Part shown: positions 36,592-47,581 of the stretch, one piece after another
Numbering within the stretch: position 1 is the first letter of the stretch
Layout of the letters: each line of letters starts with the position of its first letter
Source of the DNA: Clostridia bacterium
Lineage (GTDB): Bacteria; Bacillota; Clostridia; Oscillospirales; CAG-272
Assembly: GCA_017453255.1 (NCBI GenBank)
Contig: JAFTKN010000006.1
Location: forward strand, 45,856 to 109,855
Length of the DNA stretch: 64,000 nucleotides
Direction: 5' to 3'
Notes under the pieces: generated by a model
The model's database searches: none
What the model was told of the DNA's origin: nothing
The model's input: the letters and a program-made list of their open reading frames with translations, nothing else
Translations under genes and position numbers: made by a program

Positions 36592-38772
36592 TTAATTTGA
36601 ACTATATCCCCACTGTATTTCTCCAAAATAATTATAGTCATTAATCCAATACTCATCCCAATCAGCAGGCTTACTATCTATTTCGCAATAAATTGTGTTG
36701 TTAAAGCCCTTTAGTATAGCATACCCTATTTCAACTACACTCTTAGGAATTACTATTTCTGTAAGATTACAATATGCAAAAGCCCTTGAGCCAATTTTGT
36801 ATAAGCGACTGCTTAGCTTTATTTCCTTTAACCAAGTGCATCCTTCAAACGCACTTTCACCGATTTCTATAACGCTTTCAGGCAATATAACGCTTTCAAG
36901 ATTTTCACAATTATAAAACGCATTATTTCCTATGCTATAAAGCTTATTTCCAAAGACTACTGTTTTTATTTGGGTACAGCTTGCAAATGCACCGCCTTCA
37001 ATTTTAGTTACGTTGCTTCCTATGGTTACACTACTAATTCGACTATTTTGCTTAAAAGCGTCTTCACCTATTTTTGCAACAGGTATTTCGTTTATTATAT
37101 CGGGAATAATCAATTCTGTATTTGTACCATTATAGCCTATAACAACTGCATAATTATTTTCGTTAGTAGAAAACCAAATCAGTCCGTTTTCATTTCCAAA
37201 GCTTGAAACATCCCAGCAAACATTATTACTACCATTAAATTTTGGAGACCAATAATATGGGAATGATTTTGCCTGACAGAAAATATTTAATTTTCCTCCG
37301 TCCTTCCTAGAAAAAACATCCGTGCCCACAAAAACAACTGTATTTGGAATAAACACCATATCTAAGCTTGTTTTAGAAAAAGCACCATCAAAAATTTCAG
37401 CAACTGTTGGTAATATGTCTATGCTTTTTAATCTACTACAATTTGCAAAAGCATCATTTCCAATGCTTGTTATATTTAAAAGTGAAACGTTTCTAATTAA
37501 TTCGCAACCTTTGAATGCACCCTCTGGAATTATTTCTATTTTAGGTGGAAGGCTTACCTCAGTAATATCTGTGCCTGCAAAGGAATATCTACCTATACTA
37601 AGTAGCTTTGCAGGCAAATTCAAGCTTGTTATTGATGTACCTGAAAATGCATAGTCGCCTATTACCTTTAAGGTGTATGGAAGCTTGACATCATTTAGCT
37701 TTGTGCAGGACGAAAATGCCTCGTTGCCAATTGTAGTTATTCCATCCTCCATAACTACCTTTTTAAGCTCACTACAATAAGCAAACATACTTTCCCCTAT
37801 TACACTTATATTACTTGGAATAAAAATCTCCTCCAAGCTATAGCATCCCGAGAAAGCGCTCTCTCCAAGTGATGAAATCCCCTGTCCTAATGTTAAGCTT
37901 TTGAGTGAACTCATAGATGAAAATGCCTTTTTTTCTATTACAGTCACGCTATCTGGTATTGATATTTCTTCGACACTTGAACACATTGCAAATGCTTTTT
38001 CGCCGATTTCGGTTACGCCCGAGGTAAGCTTAACGGTTTTTAAATTTCTGCAATTATAGAACGCTTGTTTACCAATTTTCTTAATTTCTTTTGGTATTTC
38101 CACGCTTGTTAGTGTTAATATATTGTTAAATGCGTATTCGGCTATTTCTGTAACAGGCTTACCTCTATACGTTTTTGGAACAACAACCTCTTCAATAGAC
38201 GTATCAGCTAAAAGCAGAAGTCTATACTCGTTATCATTAATCTTTTCAAAGAAAAATGGCTGATATTCCGTTTTCGCATAAAAGGTTATATCACCTGTTG
38301 TACCACGGCTTATTTCTGTAATTTTTTCTGTATATTCTCTATCTGTGTACCAGCCTAAAAAGTCGGCACCGATTTCCACCGCGTCTTCTAAAAGAATTTC
38401 ATCCTCAATTGTATATGTAGTTGGATTATTTGTAGCAACACCTACATATTTGATTTTATATTCAATAGGAGTGTAGTTTGCTACAAATGTAGTATCTCCT
38501 GTTATTGTGTAACCATCAAAATACCAGTTTTTACCATCAACAAGCCAGCCATTAAAGATGTAGCCCTGCTTTTCGGGAGACTCTGGTTTTTCAACCTTGT
38601 CACCCTTATTTACCGCCACCTTTGTTACTTCACTTCCATTACAGCTATCAAAGTAGGCATAAAAGGATTCCTTTTCCTCTTCTTCTATTTGCTCACTATC
38701 TGAGCATGAGGCAAGGAAAATACATACAAAAATACATATTACTAATAATACTAATAAATTAATTTTTTTCAT
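36592..38772 (-). CDS. Surface lipoprotein with N-terminal Listeria-Bacteroides-type repeats and a long BspA-type leucine-rich-repeat region
   Basis: 726 aa. Lipobox FLASC after a signal peptide. GYIFNGWLVDG and FLGWYTD repeats. Many ~23-aa units of the form I..IG..AF..C..L..V.LP..v..I. Confidence 0.8.
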   Translation of the reverse strand: MKKINLLVLLVICIFVCIFLASCSDSEQIEEEEKESFYAYFDSCNGSEVTKVAVNKGDKVEKPESPEKQGYIFNGWLVDGKNWYFDGYTITGDTTFVANYTPIEYKIKYVGVATNNPTTYTIEDEILLEDAVEIGADFLGWYTDREYTEKITEISRGTTGDITFYAKTEYQPFFFEKINDNEYRLLLLADTSIEEVVVPKTYRGKPVTEIAEYAFNNILTLTSVEIPKEIKKIGKQAFYNCRNLKTVKLTSGVTEIGEKAFAMCSSVEEISIPDSVTVIEKKAFSSMSSLKSLTLGQGISSLGESAFSGCYSLEEIFIPSNISVIGESMFAYCSELKKVVMEDGITTIGNEAFSSCTKLNDVKLPYTLKVIGDYAFSGTSITSLNLPAKLLSIGRYSFAGTDITEVSLPPKIEIIPEGAFKGCELIRNVSLLNITSIGNDAFANCSRLKSIDILPTVAEIFDGAFSKTSLDMVFIPNTVVFVGTDVFSRKDGGKLNIFCQAKSFPYYWSPKFNGSNNVCWDVSSFGNENGLIWFSTNENNYAVVIGYNGTNTELIIPDIINEIPVAKIGEDAFKQNSRISSVTIGSNVTKIEGGAFASCTQIKTVVFGNKLYSIGNNAFYNCENLESVILPESVIEIGESAFEGCTWLKEIKLSSRLYKIGSRAFAYCNLTEIVIPKSVVEIGYAILKGFNNTIYCEIDSKPADWDEYWINDYNYFGEIQWGYSSN

Positions 38773-38884
38773 ACTATCACCCCTTCTAATTATATAATGA
38801 CATAATTTACCCTCAAATGTATTAAAATTTTGAAAATTTTTCCTTTCCTCATATATATAGACGGGATTTTTCTAATTGTGGTTA

Positions 38885-38914
38885 CAAAAAAAGGAGCAGA
38901 TTTTCTGCTCCTTT
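38885..38914 (-). terminator. Intrinsic terminator after ispH-rpsA
   Basis: AAGGAGCAGA/TCTGCTCCTT stem. The forward A-run gives a U-run in the minus sense. Confidence 0.65.
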
Positions 38915-38919
38915 ATATA

Positions 38920-40968
38920 TTATTCAGCGTCTGAAATATCAGCTGTTTCTTCAACTGACTCAACCACTTCCTCAGTAGCCTCAGTAGCTACCTCCTCAGC
39001 AGCTTTTTCCTTCTTTGGAAGTAAAGCTCTAATTGAGAGAGAAACCTTTTGCTTTTCCTCGTCAATAGCTGTGATTTGTGCGTTAACTACGTCACCAACC
39101 TTGATAATATCCTCGATTTTTTCAATCTTTTGGTCTGCGATTTGGCTAATGTGGATAAGACCATCAACACCTGGTACAATTTCAGCAAATGCACCGAAGG
39201 TTGTAATACCAACAACCTTAACCTCAGCAACAGAGCCAACCTCATACTTAGATTTGAAAATGTTCCAAGGATTTTGGTCATCTGTCTTATAGCCAAGTGA
39301 AATCTTTCCATTTTCCTTATCTACGCTCTTAACAAATACCTTAATTGTTTCGCCAACGCTTACAACCTCGCTTGGATTCTTAATTCTCTTCCAAGAAAGC
39401 TCTGTAATATGTACTAAGCCGTCAACTCCACCAAGGTCAACGAATGCGCCATAGGATGTGATGCTCTTAACAGGACCCTCAAATACCTGTCCTTCCTCAA
39501 TGCTTGCCCAGAAAGCCTCCTTAGCAGCATTCTTCTTAGCAATTTCAACTGCCTTAATTGAAGCGATTGCTCTCTTCTTATCCTCTTTGATTTCAACAAC
39601 CTTTACCTCTTTAGTTTCACCAACTAATGAATTAAGGTCGCCATCCTTTTTAACGCCTGTCATTGATGCAGGAATAAATACTCTTACACCATCTATTTCA
39701 GCAACCACGCCACCCTTTGTAGCCTCAGTAATCTTTGCATTTACTACCTCGCCACTCTTTGCGTAGTCAACGATTTTAGTCCAGTTTTTAACAACATCAA
39801 CCTTTTTCTTTGAAAGAATAGCAATTCCGTCGCTATCACTTTTACTAATTACAGATGCGTCAACTGCGTCACCATAGTTAAATAGTTCTGATAGCTTAAC
39901 GTCATTTGAGTCTGTAATCTGGTCTCTTGTGATTATACCTGTTAGCTTATCGCCAAGGTCAAGACGAATTTCATTCTCAGAAATTGCCATAACAAAGCCT
40001 GTAACTGTTGCTCCTACATATATTTTCGCTTTCTTTGCCATTTCCTCTTCGAGCATTTCGGCAAAGTTTTCTTGATTTGTTGTGTTCATTTTTTCTTTTA
40101 CCTCCTGAATTAAACTGTCTGGTGTGGAAGCTCCAGCAGTTATACCTATATTTTTTGCGTCACCGAGCATATCTCTATCTATATCCCTTGCAGTTTGCAC
40201 CCAAAAGGATTTTTCACAATATTTTTTGCAAACAGTATAGAGCTTTTGAGTGTTAGAGCTTTCCTTACCACCAATAACTATCATAGCATCACAACGGCTC
40301 GACAGCTCCCTTGCCTCATTTTGTCTTTTTTCGGTCACACTACATATTGTATCAAAAATTTTCGCATTTGTACAGTATTTTTTTATAATTTTTTGACATT
40401 TTTCCCATTCTGTTAATTTTTGTGTCGTTTGAGCAACCATATTTATATTAAAATTCGACAAATCTCTACTTTTTAAAAAATTCTCAAGCTCATCCGCTGA
40501 TGAAAATACATAGCCCTGCCCCTTGACATAGCTCATTATTGCCTTTACCTCAGCGTGCTCCCTTTGTCCTATCAGGATAAAAATTTGATTATCTCCTGAA
40601 TTCTCCATGGCGATTTTATGTATCTTTTTAACATATGGGCAGCTTGTGTCAATTATCTCAATATTGCTATTATTTTTCTTCGCATCTAAAAGCATTTCTT
40701 CGATATTCTTTTCAATGCCATGAGTTCTTATTATAATAGTTACACGAGTTTGGTCGCTTGCCCTATTCAGCACATCAGAGATATCCTCTTTTTTTAAGGT
40801 GACAACACCCATTTCTGACAAATAGCTATTATACTGTTCATTATGAATTAGCTTACCCAGTGTGCATAAAATGTGATTTTCGCCTTTATTTCTTATTTGC
40901 TCCTCGACTATATCCGTTGCACGTCTTACACCAAAGCAAAAGCCCGCATTTTTAGAAATCTCTATCAT
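38920..40968 (-). CDS. ispH: Bifunctional 4-hydroxy-3-methylbut-2-enyl diphosphate reductase (IspH) / ribosomal protein S1 fusion
   Basis: 682 aa. N-terminal GFCFGVRRA and the IspH fold pattern. The C-terminal half has four S1 repeats (GxV..I..fGaFV.l.g..GLlHIS type). Confidence 0.9.
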   Translation of the reverse strand: MIEISKNAGFCFGVRRATDIVEEQIRNKGENHILCTLGKLIHNEQYNSYLSEMGVVTLKKEDISDVLNRASDQTRVTIIIRTHGIEKNIEEMLLDAKKNNSNIEIIDTSCPYVKKIHKIAMENSGDNQIFILIGQREHAEVKAIMSYVKGQGYVFSSADELENFLKSRDLSNFNINMVAQTTQKLTEWEKCQKIIKKYCTNAKIFDTICSVTEKRQNEARELSSRCDAMIVIGGKESSNTQKLYTVCKKYCEKSFWVQTARDIDRDMLGDAKNIGITAGASTPDSLIQEVKEKMNTTNQENFAEMLEEEMAKKAKIYVGATVTGFVMAISENEIRLDLGDKLTGIITRDQITDSNDVKLSELFNYGDAVDASVISKSDSDGIAILSKKKVDVVKNWTKIVDYAKSGEVVNAKITEATKGGVVAEIDGVRVFIPASMTGVKKDGDLNSLVGETKEVKVVEIKEDKKRAIASIKAVEIAKKNAAKEAFWASIEEGQVFEGPVKSITSYGAFVDLGGVDGLVHITELSWKRIKNPSEVVSVGETIKVFVKSVDKENGKISLGYKTDDQNPWNIFKSKYEVGSVAEVKVVGITTFGAFAEIVPGVDGLIHISQIADQKIEKIEDIIKVGDVVNAQITAIDEEKQKVSLSIRALLPKKEKAAEEVATEATEEVVESVEETADISDAE

Positions 40969-41654
40969 TTCTTTTCCTCAAGCATGGGTGGATTTTCAAA
41001 CCTATTCAAGCACCATTTTTCAGCAGTTTCCTTAGTTAGCCTTGGAAGCTCATTTAACTCGCAAACCCTAGAAAAAGCATACTCTGTAATTTGTCTGTGC
41101 TTTTCCTTGCCAGTTAAGTGACCAAACATTTCCTCTAATTTTTCATAAGGGATAAATTCACCAACTATAAAGTCTGTTTTATGAAACATTTTAAGCTTGT
41201 TTTTCTTTGTACGGATGCAAACAGGTAAAATTCCCACCTTGGCTCTGTCAGCCATCATACCGAGTCCATCCTTGACAGGTGTTTGTCTTGGATCTTTTTT
41301 TCTTTGTCTTGTGCCCTGTGGGAAAATACCCATACATTCCCCACTCTTTAGCATTTCAATACACTTTTTAACTGCTGTTACGTCACCATGACCTCTATCA
41401 ATAGGTATAGCTCCCATATTTTTTGCGAAGCCACGCAAAAATGGAACCTTGAATACCTCTTTTTTAGACAGATAGTGAATTTGTCTGCTAAGTCCTACAG
41501 AAAATACAGCAACGTCAAGAGCACTTGTATGGTTACAGCATGCTATATATGGTACATCATTTGGCTCGTTTGCAAGCCCCTTATATCTAACCTTATAAAG
41601 ATTATTGACTAATCTTGCAACTCTCTTTTTAGTTTTTCTATATTTCTTATTCAT
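40965..41654 (-). CDS. plsC: 1-acyl-sn-glycerol-3-phosphate acyltransferase
   Basis: 229 aa. NHTSALD (HX4D) and FPQGTR motifs. Confidence 0.8.
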   Translation of the reverse strand: MNKKYRKTKKRVARLVNNLYKVRYKGLANEPNDVPYIACCNHTSALDVAVFSVGLSRQIHYLSKKEVFKVPFLRGFAKNMGAIPIDRGHGDVTAVKKCIEMLKSGECMGIFPQGTRQRKKDPRQTPVKDGLGMMADRAKVGILPVCIRTKKNKLKMFHKTDFIVGEFIPYEKLEEMFGHLTGKEKHRQITEYAFSRVCELNELPRLTKETAEKWCLNRFENPPMLEEKK

Positions 41655-42319
41655 ATTTCTACCTTTGATTTAATTATTTCAATTGCTTTTTCTACTGTAC
41701 CATCTATATCAAGCTCTGAGTTATCAAGCAAAATTGCATCCTTTGCCTGCACTGCAGGTGCTGTCTTTCTTGTAGAGTCATTTTTATCCCTTAATTCTAT
41801 ATCAGCCAAAACACTTTCAAGAGTACAGCTTTCGCCCTTTGCAATGAGCTCCTTATATCTTCTTTCAGCTCTTGCTTTGCTGGAGGCTGTCATATAAATT
41901 TTAACCTCAGCATCAGGAATAATTACAGTACCTATATCACGTCCGTCCATTACAACGTCATTTTCTCTTGAAATTTTTCTTTGTGTTTCAAGTAAAAAAT
42001 TTCTTACCTCTGGAATTGCAGATACTCTTGAGGCATACATAGCTATTTCGCCTGTTCTTATAGTGTCGCCTACATTTACCCCGTTTAATGTTATTACCTG
42101 CTCACCATTTATAAATTCCATTCCTAAATCAATTTCAGGTAGCAGACTAATTACCCTTTCCTCGTCGTTTTTGTCAACGCCCTTATTTCTTACATAAAGT
42201 CCGACTGTGCGATAAAGCGCGCCTGTATCAACGTAGATAACTCCTAATTTTTTTGCAAGTGCCTTTGCTACAGTGCTTTTTCCTGCACCACTTGGTCCAT
42301 CTAATGCTATACGTAACAT
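41651..42319 (-). CDS. cmk: Cytidylate kinase
   Basis: 222 aa. IALDGPSGAGKST and DGRDIGTVI. Confidence 0.92.
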   Translation of the reverse strand: MLRIALDGPSGAGKSTVAKALAKKLGVIYVDTGALYRTVGLYVRNKGVDKNDEERVISLLPEIDLGMEFINGEQVITLNGVNVGDTIRTGEIAMYASRVSAIPEVRNFLLETQRKISRENDVVMDGRDIGTVIIPDAEVKIYMTASSKARAERRYKELIAKGESCTLESVLADIELRDKNDSTRKTAPAVQAKDAILLDNSELDIDGTVEKAIEIIKSKVEI

Positions 42320-42333
42320 AATATTCCCTTTCC

Positions 42334-43572
42334 TTACATACAGGCGCTTGCGCCTGCAAGCACTCCTGTTGAAAATGCAATTTGTAAATTGTAGCCACCT
42401 GTATAGGCATCTACGTCAATTACCTCACCACAGAAAAACAAGCCCTTATATTTTTTGCTTTCCATAGTTGATGGTTTAATTTCCTTAACGCTGATTCCAC
42501 CCTGAGTAATAATTGCCTCCCTTATAGGTCTAAAGCCCTTTATATTCAAGGTTAAGCCTTTTATTACATTAACTAAGTCGTGCCTTTGCTCCTTAGTAAT
42601 ACTATTTACCTTTGAGTCGGGTGGTATTTGACTTTCTTTTATTATATATGGAATAATTTTTGCAGGCAAAAGCTTTCCTAAGGAGTTTTGAAAATCCTTA
42701 TTTTTTTGCTCCGAAAAATCATTTAATATTCGCTTGTCAAGTGTTTTTTGATCAAGAGCTGGCTTAAAATCAATAGAAACGGAATATTTGTCGCTTTTCA
42801 TATCCTTCATATGACACGAGGCTGACAAAACAAGAGGTCCACTAATTCCAAAATGAGTAAAGAGCATTTCGCCCATTTCGGAAAAGACAATTTTTCCATT
42901 TTCCTTGTTTTTTACCGAAAGAGTTACATTTTTAAGAGATAAGCCCATCATTGAGCTTACACACTCATAAGTTTCTAAGGGCACGAGGGACGGAACTAAA
43001 TTACTCACCTCAATGCCAAGCCTTTTCGCAAAGAGAAAGCCATCACCATCAGAGCCTGTTTGTGGATAGGATATACCTCCTGTCGCCACTATTACAGAAT
43101 CAAAATCATACTCTTTTCTGCTTGTTTTTATTCCCTTAACCTGATTTTCTTTAATTAAAATATCAAGCACCTTTTCATTTTTTATTGTGCAACCATAGTC
43201 AAGACAAGCTTTTTTAAGCCCATTTACTATGTCGTGAGCATTATCAGACACGGGAAAAACCCTTCTGCCTCGCTCTGTTTTTAATGGTATTCCAATATTT
43301 TCAAAAAATGCTTTTGTATCGCTTGTGTTGAAATTAGAAATTGATGCGTAGAGGAATTTCGGATTAGATATTACGTTTTTCAAAAATTCCTCATTTTCAC
43401 AATCATTTGTGACGTTGCATCTGCCCTTGCCTGTTATTGCAAGCTTTTTACCAACCCTGTCATTCTTTTCAAATATGGTGACCTTGCCACCATTTAAGGA
43501 GGCATATATTCCTGCCATCATTCCAGATGCACCTGCACCGATTATGGCTATTTGCTTTTGGTCATAGCTCAT
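42334..43572 (-). CDS. HI0933/BaiN-like NAD(P)/FAD-dependent flavoprotein
   Basis: 412 aa. IAIIGAGASGMMAG dinucleotide fold and C-terminal GLFFCGEVIDVDAYTGGYNLQ. Confidence 0.8.
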   Translation of the reverse strand: MSYDQKQIAIIGAGASGMMAGIYASLNGGKVTIFEKNDRVGKKLAITGKGRCNVTNDCENEEFLKNVISNPKFLYASISNFNTSDTKAFFENIGIPLKTERGRRVFPVSDNAHDIVNGLKKACLDYGCTIKNEKVLDILIKENQVKGIKTSRKEYDFDSVIVATGGISYPQTGSDGDGFLFAKRLGIEVSNLVPSLVPLETYECVSSMMGLSLKNVTLSVKNKENGKIVFSEMGEMLFTHFGISGPLVLSASCHMKDMKSDKYSVSIDFKPALDQKTLDKRILNDFSEQKNKDFQNSLGKLLPAKIIPYIIKESQIPPDSKVNSITKEQRHDLVNVIKGLTLNIKGFRPIREAIITQGGISVKEIKPSTMESKKYKGLFFCGEVIDVDAYTGGYNLQIAFSTGVLAGASACM

Positions 43573-43592
43573 ATTATGCCCCTCATTTCTAA

Positions 43593-45182
43593 TTATTTGT
43601 TCAATTCTGCCTTGCGTTTTTCATTTAGCTCTTCAAGTGTGCCACTATAATCGTACATTGTACCATCTTCCTTAATTTCGATTATACGATTAGCAACTGT
43701 ATTTACTGTTTCGTAGTCGTGAGAATAGAAGATTATATTGCCCTTAAAGTCCTTTAAGCCGTTATTCACAGCAGTTATGGATTCAAGGTCTAAGTGGTTT
43801 GTTGGCTGGTCAAGTAGTAGGAAGTTTGAGCCAAAGAGCATCATTCTTGAAAACATACATCTTGCCTTTTCTCCACCTGAAAGCACACTAACCTGCTTAA
43901 AGATTGAGTCGCCAGAGAATAACATTCTGCCAAGGAAGCCACGAAGATAGCTTTCTGTTTGGTCCTTTGAATATCTTCTCATCCAATCAAGGATTGAATC
44001 ATTACAGCCGTTAAAATATTCAATATTGTCCTTTGGATAATAGGATTTTGTTATGCTTATACCCCACTTGAAGCTACCTGTATAGCTCTCGTCCTCCTCG
44101 GTTAGCACCTTAAAGAGTGCGGTTATAGCCATTTCATTACCTAAAAGTGCAATTTTGTCGCCCTTGCTAACTGTAAAGGAAAGATTTTTGAAAAGTCCCT
44201 CCTTTGTTAGGTCGGTAACTGTTAAAATATCCTTTCCTGCCTCTCTATCCATATCAAAGCCGATAAATGGATATCTACGGCTTGAAGCAGGAAGCTCCTC
44301 TATTGTAAGCTTGTCAAGAAGCTTTCTTCTTGAGGTTGCCTGTCTTGATTTTGATTTGTTTGCGCTGAAACGAGAAATAAAGCTTTGTAGCTCCTTGATT
44401 TTTTCCTCATTACGCTTATTTTGTTGCTTAATCATTCTTTGAATAAGCTGGCTTGACTCATACCAAAACTCATAGTTACCAACGTACATTTTAATGCCTG
44501 AATAGTCAATATCAACTATATTCGTGCATACGTCGTTTAAGAAGTGACGGTCATGGGATACAACCAATACTGTGCCGAAATAATCGGACAAGAAGTCCTC
44601 AAGCCATGTAATTGCATCAATATCAAGACCATTTGTTGGCTCGTCAAGTAAAATTATATCAGGATTTCCAAAAAGGGCTTGTGCTAAAAGCACCTTAACC
44701 TTTTCGCTCTCCTTTAGTTCTGCCATTTGTAAATATAGAAGCTCCTCGCTAAGTCCTAAGCCCTGAATTAGCTTAGAGGCATCGCTTTCAGCCTCCCAAC
44801 CATTAAGCTCTGCAAACTCACCCTCAAGCTCAGATGCTCTTATTCCATCCTCGTCAGTAAAGTCTGTCTTTGCATATAGCTCGTCCTTTTCCTTCATTAT
44901 GGAATAAAGCCTTTGATTACCCATAATAATTGTGTCAAGAACTGTATATTCGTCAAATTCAAAGTGGTTTTGCTTCAAAACGGACATTCTGACATCGTTT
45001 GGTATGGAAACCTCACCCTTTGTTGGCTCAAGCTCGCCACAAAGTATTTTTAGAAATGTACTTTTTCCTGCTCCATTTGCGCCTATTACTCCATAGCAGT
45101 TGCCTGGAGTAAATTTAAGGTTTACGTCCTTAAAAAGAAGCTGACCACCAAAATTAAAGCTTAAATTGTTTACATTAATCAT
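43593..45182 (-). CDS. ABC-F family ATPase (two ABC domains, no TM domain)
   Basis: 529 aa. GANGAGKST and LLDEPTN in domain 1; LSGGEKAR and LLLDQPTNHLD in domain 2. Confidence 0.88.
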   Translation of the reverse strand: MINVNNLSFNFGGQLLFKDVNLKFTPGNCYGVIGANGAGKSTFLKILCGELEPTKGEVSIPNDVRMSVLKQNHFEFDEYTVLDTIIMGNQRLYSIMKEKDELYAKTDFTDEDGIRASELEGEFAELNGWEAESDASKLIQGLGLSEELLYLQMAELKESEKVKVLLAQALFGNPDIILLDEPTNGLDIDAITWLEDFLSDYFGTVLVVSHDRHFLNDVCTNIVDIDYSGIKMYVGNYEFWYESSQLIQRMIKQQNKRNEEKIKELQSFISRFSANKSKSRQATSRRKLLDKLTIEELPASSRRYPFIGFDMDREAGKDILTVTDLTKEGLFKNLSFTVSKGDKIALLGNEMAITALFKVLTEEDESYTGSFKWGISITKSYYPKDNIEYFNGCNDSILDWMRRYSKDQTESYLRGFLGRMLFSGDSIFKQVSVLSGGEKARCMFSRMMLFGSNFLLLDQPTNHLDLESITAVNNGLKDFKGNIIFYSHDYETVNTVANRIIEIKEDGTMYDYSGTLEELNEKRKAELNK

Positions 45183-46281
45183 TACTAAATTCCTTTTTTA
45201 CTGTATCTAACGCAGAGATAATTACCTTATCCATATCGTAGTATTTATATCCACCGAGTCTTCCACCAAAGATTACACCCTTAGCCTCCTCGGCAAGCTT
45301 TTCATATTTCTTGTATAAATCGTTATTTTTATCGTTGTTGACTGGGTAATATGGCTCGTCGCCTATTTTCCATTCAGATGAGTATTCCTTGGAAATTACA
45401 GTTTTTGGCTGAGTACCAAATTCAAAATGCTTATGCTCGATTACTCTTGTATATGGCACTTCCCTCTCTGTATAATTTACAACTGCATTTCCTTGATAGT
45501 TTTCTATGTCTAAAATTTCATTTTCAAATCGCACGCTACGATATTCCAAAACACCGAGCTTATAGTCGAAAAATCTATCTATTTGACCTGTAAATACAAT
45601 TTTTTCTGCTATTTCGTCCTTGCTTTCAAGCTCGAAATAATCAGTATTTAGCCTAACCTCAATTCCATCAAGCATTTTTTCAATAATCTGGTTATAGCCA
45701 CCTATTGGTATTCCCTGATATCTGTCATTGAAATAGTTATTATCGTAGGTAAAGCGTAGTGGTAATCTTTTGATTATAAAGGCTGGTAAATCCTTACAAT
45801 CTCTTTGCCATTGCTTTTCTGTATAGCCCTTTATAAGCTTTTCATAAACGTCTGTGCCGACTAAGGATAGTGCCTGCTCCTCTAAATTCTTTGGCTCGGT
45901 AATGTTTAGTTCCTTAATCTGCTCGTTAATTATTGCCTTAGCCTCTTTAGGTGTTTTAATTCCCCACATTTTTGAAAAGGTATTCATATTAAAGGGTAGG
46001 TTATAAAGCTCGTCCTTATAGATAGCCACAGGGGAATTAATATAATTGTTAAACTCACAAAATTGGTTTACATAGTCCCAAACCTCTTTATTTGAGGTGT
46101 GGAAAATATGAGCACCATATTTATGAACATTAATGCCCTCAACGCTTTCACAATAGATATTACCACCTATGTGATTTCTTTTATCTATGACAAGACATTT
46201 TTTGCCTCTCTTTTTTGCCTCATAAGCAAAGGTAGCACCAAAAAGCCCTGCACCTACTATTAAATAATCGTATTTCTTCAT
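45175..46281 (-). CDS. glf: UDP-galactopyranose mutase
   Basis: 368 aa. YLIVGAGLFGATFA FAD fold and YEKLIKGYTEKQW, typical of Glf. Confidence 0.9.
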   Translation of the reverse strand: MKKYDYLIVGAGLFGATFAYEAKKRGKKCLVIDKRNHIGGNIYCESVEGINVHKYGAHIFHTSNKEVWDYVNQFCEFNNYINSPVAIYKDELYNLPFNMNTFSKMWGIKTPKEAKAIINEQIKELNITEPKNLEEQALSLVGTDVYEKLIKGYTEKQWQRDCKDLPAFIIKRLPLRFTYDNNYFNDRYQGIPIGGYNQIIEKMLDGIEVRLNTDYFELESKDEIAEKIVFTGQIDRFFDYKLGVLEYRSVRFENEILDIENYQGNAVVNYTEREVPYTRVIEHKHFEFGTQPKTVISKEYSSEWKIGDEPYYPVNNDKNNDLYKKYEKLAEEAKGVIFGGRLGGYKYYDMDKVIISALDTVKKEFSND

Positions 46282-46297
46282 TTCTTGTCCTTCTTTC

Positions 46298-47365
46298 CTA
46301 TTTTCCCTTTAGCTTTATTCTTATTTTGCCAAGTGTGTAACGTAGTCCTCTTTCTTTTATCCAATCGAAAATAGTCATCTTTTCTTTTTCGAGAATTTCC
46401 TCTGTTTTTTCAAGACTAAGACTTTCTGGCTCTTTTAATATTAACTCCATAATATGCGTCTGAGCCCTTGTCAAGCCTATTTCTTCAAGCTCTCCGTTTT
46501 TGTGTGCCTCTAAAAGCTGAGAATGAAATTTCATCAAGAAATCCATTTTATATTGCTCAGAAACTCTTTGATAACTATAAAAATAATTGTAAAATCTCGC
46601 TCTGTGATATGCTTTTGTGCACCTTTTCAAAAGTTCATTATCCCTTTCAAGAAAGTCTCTAATAAAGTCATATTCATCACACATACAGAAAACCTTTTCC
46701 TTACTGTTTATACTGGAATTAGGATTATCCTGTCTATAATGATAAAATGCCTTTTTTACAAAAATCACCCTTTTTGCAAGAGCGATTGTTTGAAACCAAA
46801 AGCCATTATCCTGATATGAGGCACCATTTGTTTCATTATGAAAAATTTTATTTTCCTCTAAAAAGCTTCTTCTATAAATTCCTGTCCAAGTATTCATTTT
46901 AAAATCAAATATTTCATCATTGTCTATGGAGGAAAGAACCTTGTTATAGTAGACTGCACTTGTTGGGACAGGCTTATATATTTTCTTTATATTATTTGAC
47001 GAAAACTCGTAATAATCAGATTTAACTATATCCACATCGTATTTTTTTGCGGTTTTATAAAGGTATTCAAGCATGTTTTTGCTAATAAAATCATCCGACT
47101 CCAAAATGCTCACATATTCACCACACGCAACCGACATTCCTGTATTGACAGCCTTACCATAACCACCGTTTTTCTTGTTGATGATTTTTATTCGGCTATC
47201 ATTTTGTGCAAACCTCTCAACAATATTCAATGAATTATCACTTGAACCATCGTTTACACATATGATTTCGATTTCCTTGAGTGTTTGAGAAATCGCACTA
47301 TTCAAACATTGAGATAAATATGGCTCAGAATTATAAATTGGAACTACAATACTTACCTTTACCAT
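46298..47365 (-). CDS. Family 2 glycosyltransferase
   Basis: Start taken at MVKVSIVVPIYNSEPYL (47365, AAAGGAG RBS), not the ORF-track TTG at 47482. Has ICVNDGSSD. Confidence 0.85.
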   Translation of the reverse strand: MVKVSIVVPIYNSEPYLSQCLNSAISQTLKEIEIICVNDGSSDNSLNIVERFAQNDSRIKIINKKNGGYGKAVNTGMSVACGEYVSILESDDFISKNMLEYLYKTAKKYDVDIVKSDYYEFSSNNIKKIYKPVPTSAVYYNKVLSSIDNDEIFDFKMNTWTGIYRRSFLEENKIFHNETNGASYQDNGFWFQTIALAKRVIFVKKAFYHYRQDNPNSSINSKEKVFCMCDEYDFIRDFLERDNELLKRCTKAYHRARFYNYFYSYQRVSEQYKMDFLMKFHSQLLEAHKNGELEEIGLTRAQTHIMELILKEPESLSLEKTEEILEKEKMTIFDWIKERGLRYTLGKIRIKLKGK

Positions 47366-47581
47366 TTTTTCTCCTTTGTCAGCCTTACGTACTATCACTA
47401 TAAGACAAATTAGTTTGATTTTCGTAATGCTAGCCATAAATATTCTATTATAAAGTATATCACAAACAAAATTTAAAGTCAATAATACTTTAAATACTAT
47501 TTATACTACATTAATTATAAAATTTTAAATTTAAAAACAAAAACAGGAATTTTTTAAAATCCCTGTTTTGTATAGCATTTT

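Noticed and set aside
38876-39766. Several plus- and minus-strand ORFs (61-138 aa) inside the S1-repeat region
   Set aside because: They are alternative-frame or antisense shadows of the S1 domain repeats. The 682-aa frame explains the region.
38920-40968. IspH-ribosomal protein S1 fusion as a novelty
   Set aside because: This bifunctional arrangement is a well-known feature of Clostridia genomes, in the standard cmk-plsC-ispH/rpsA context.
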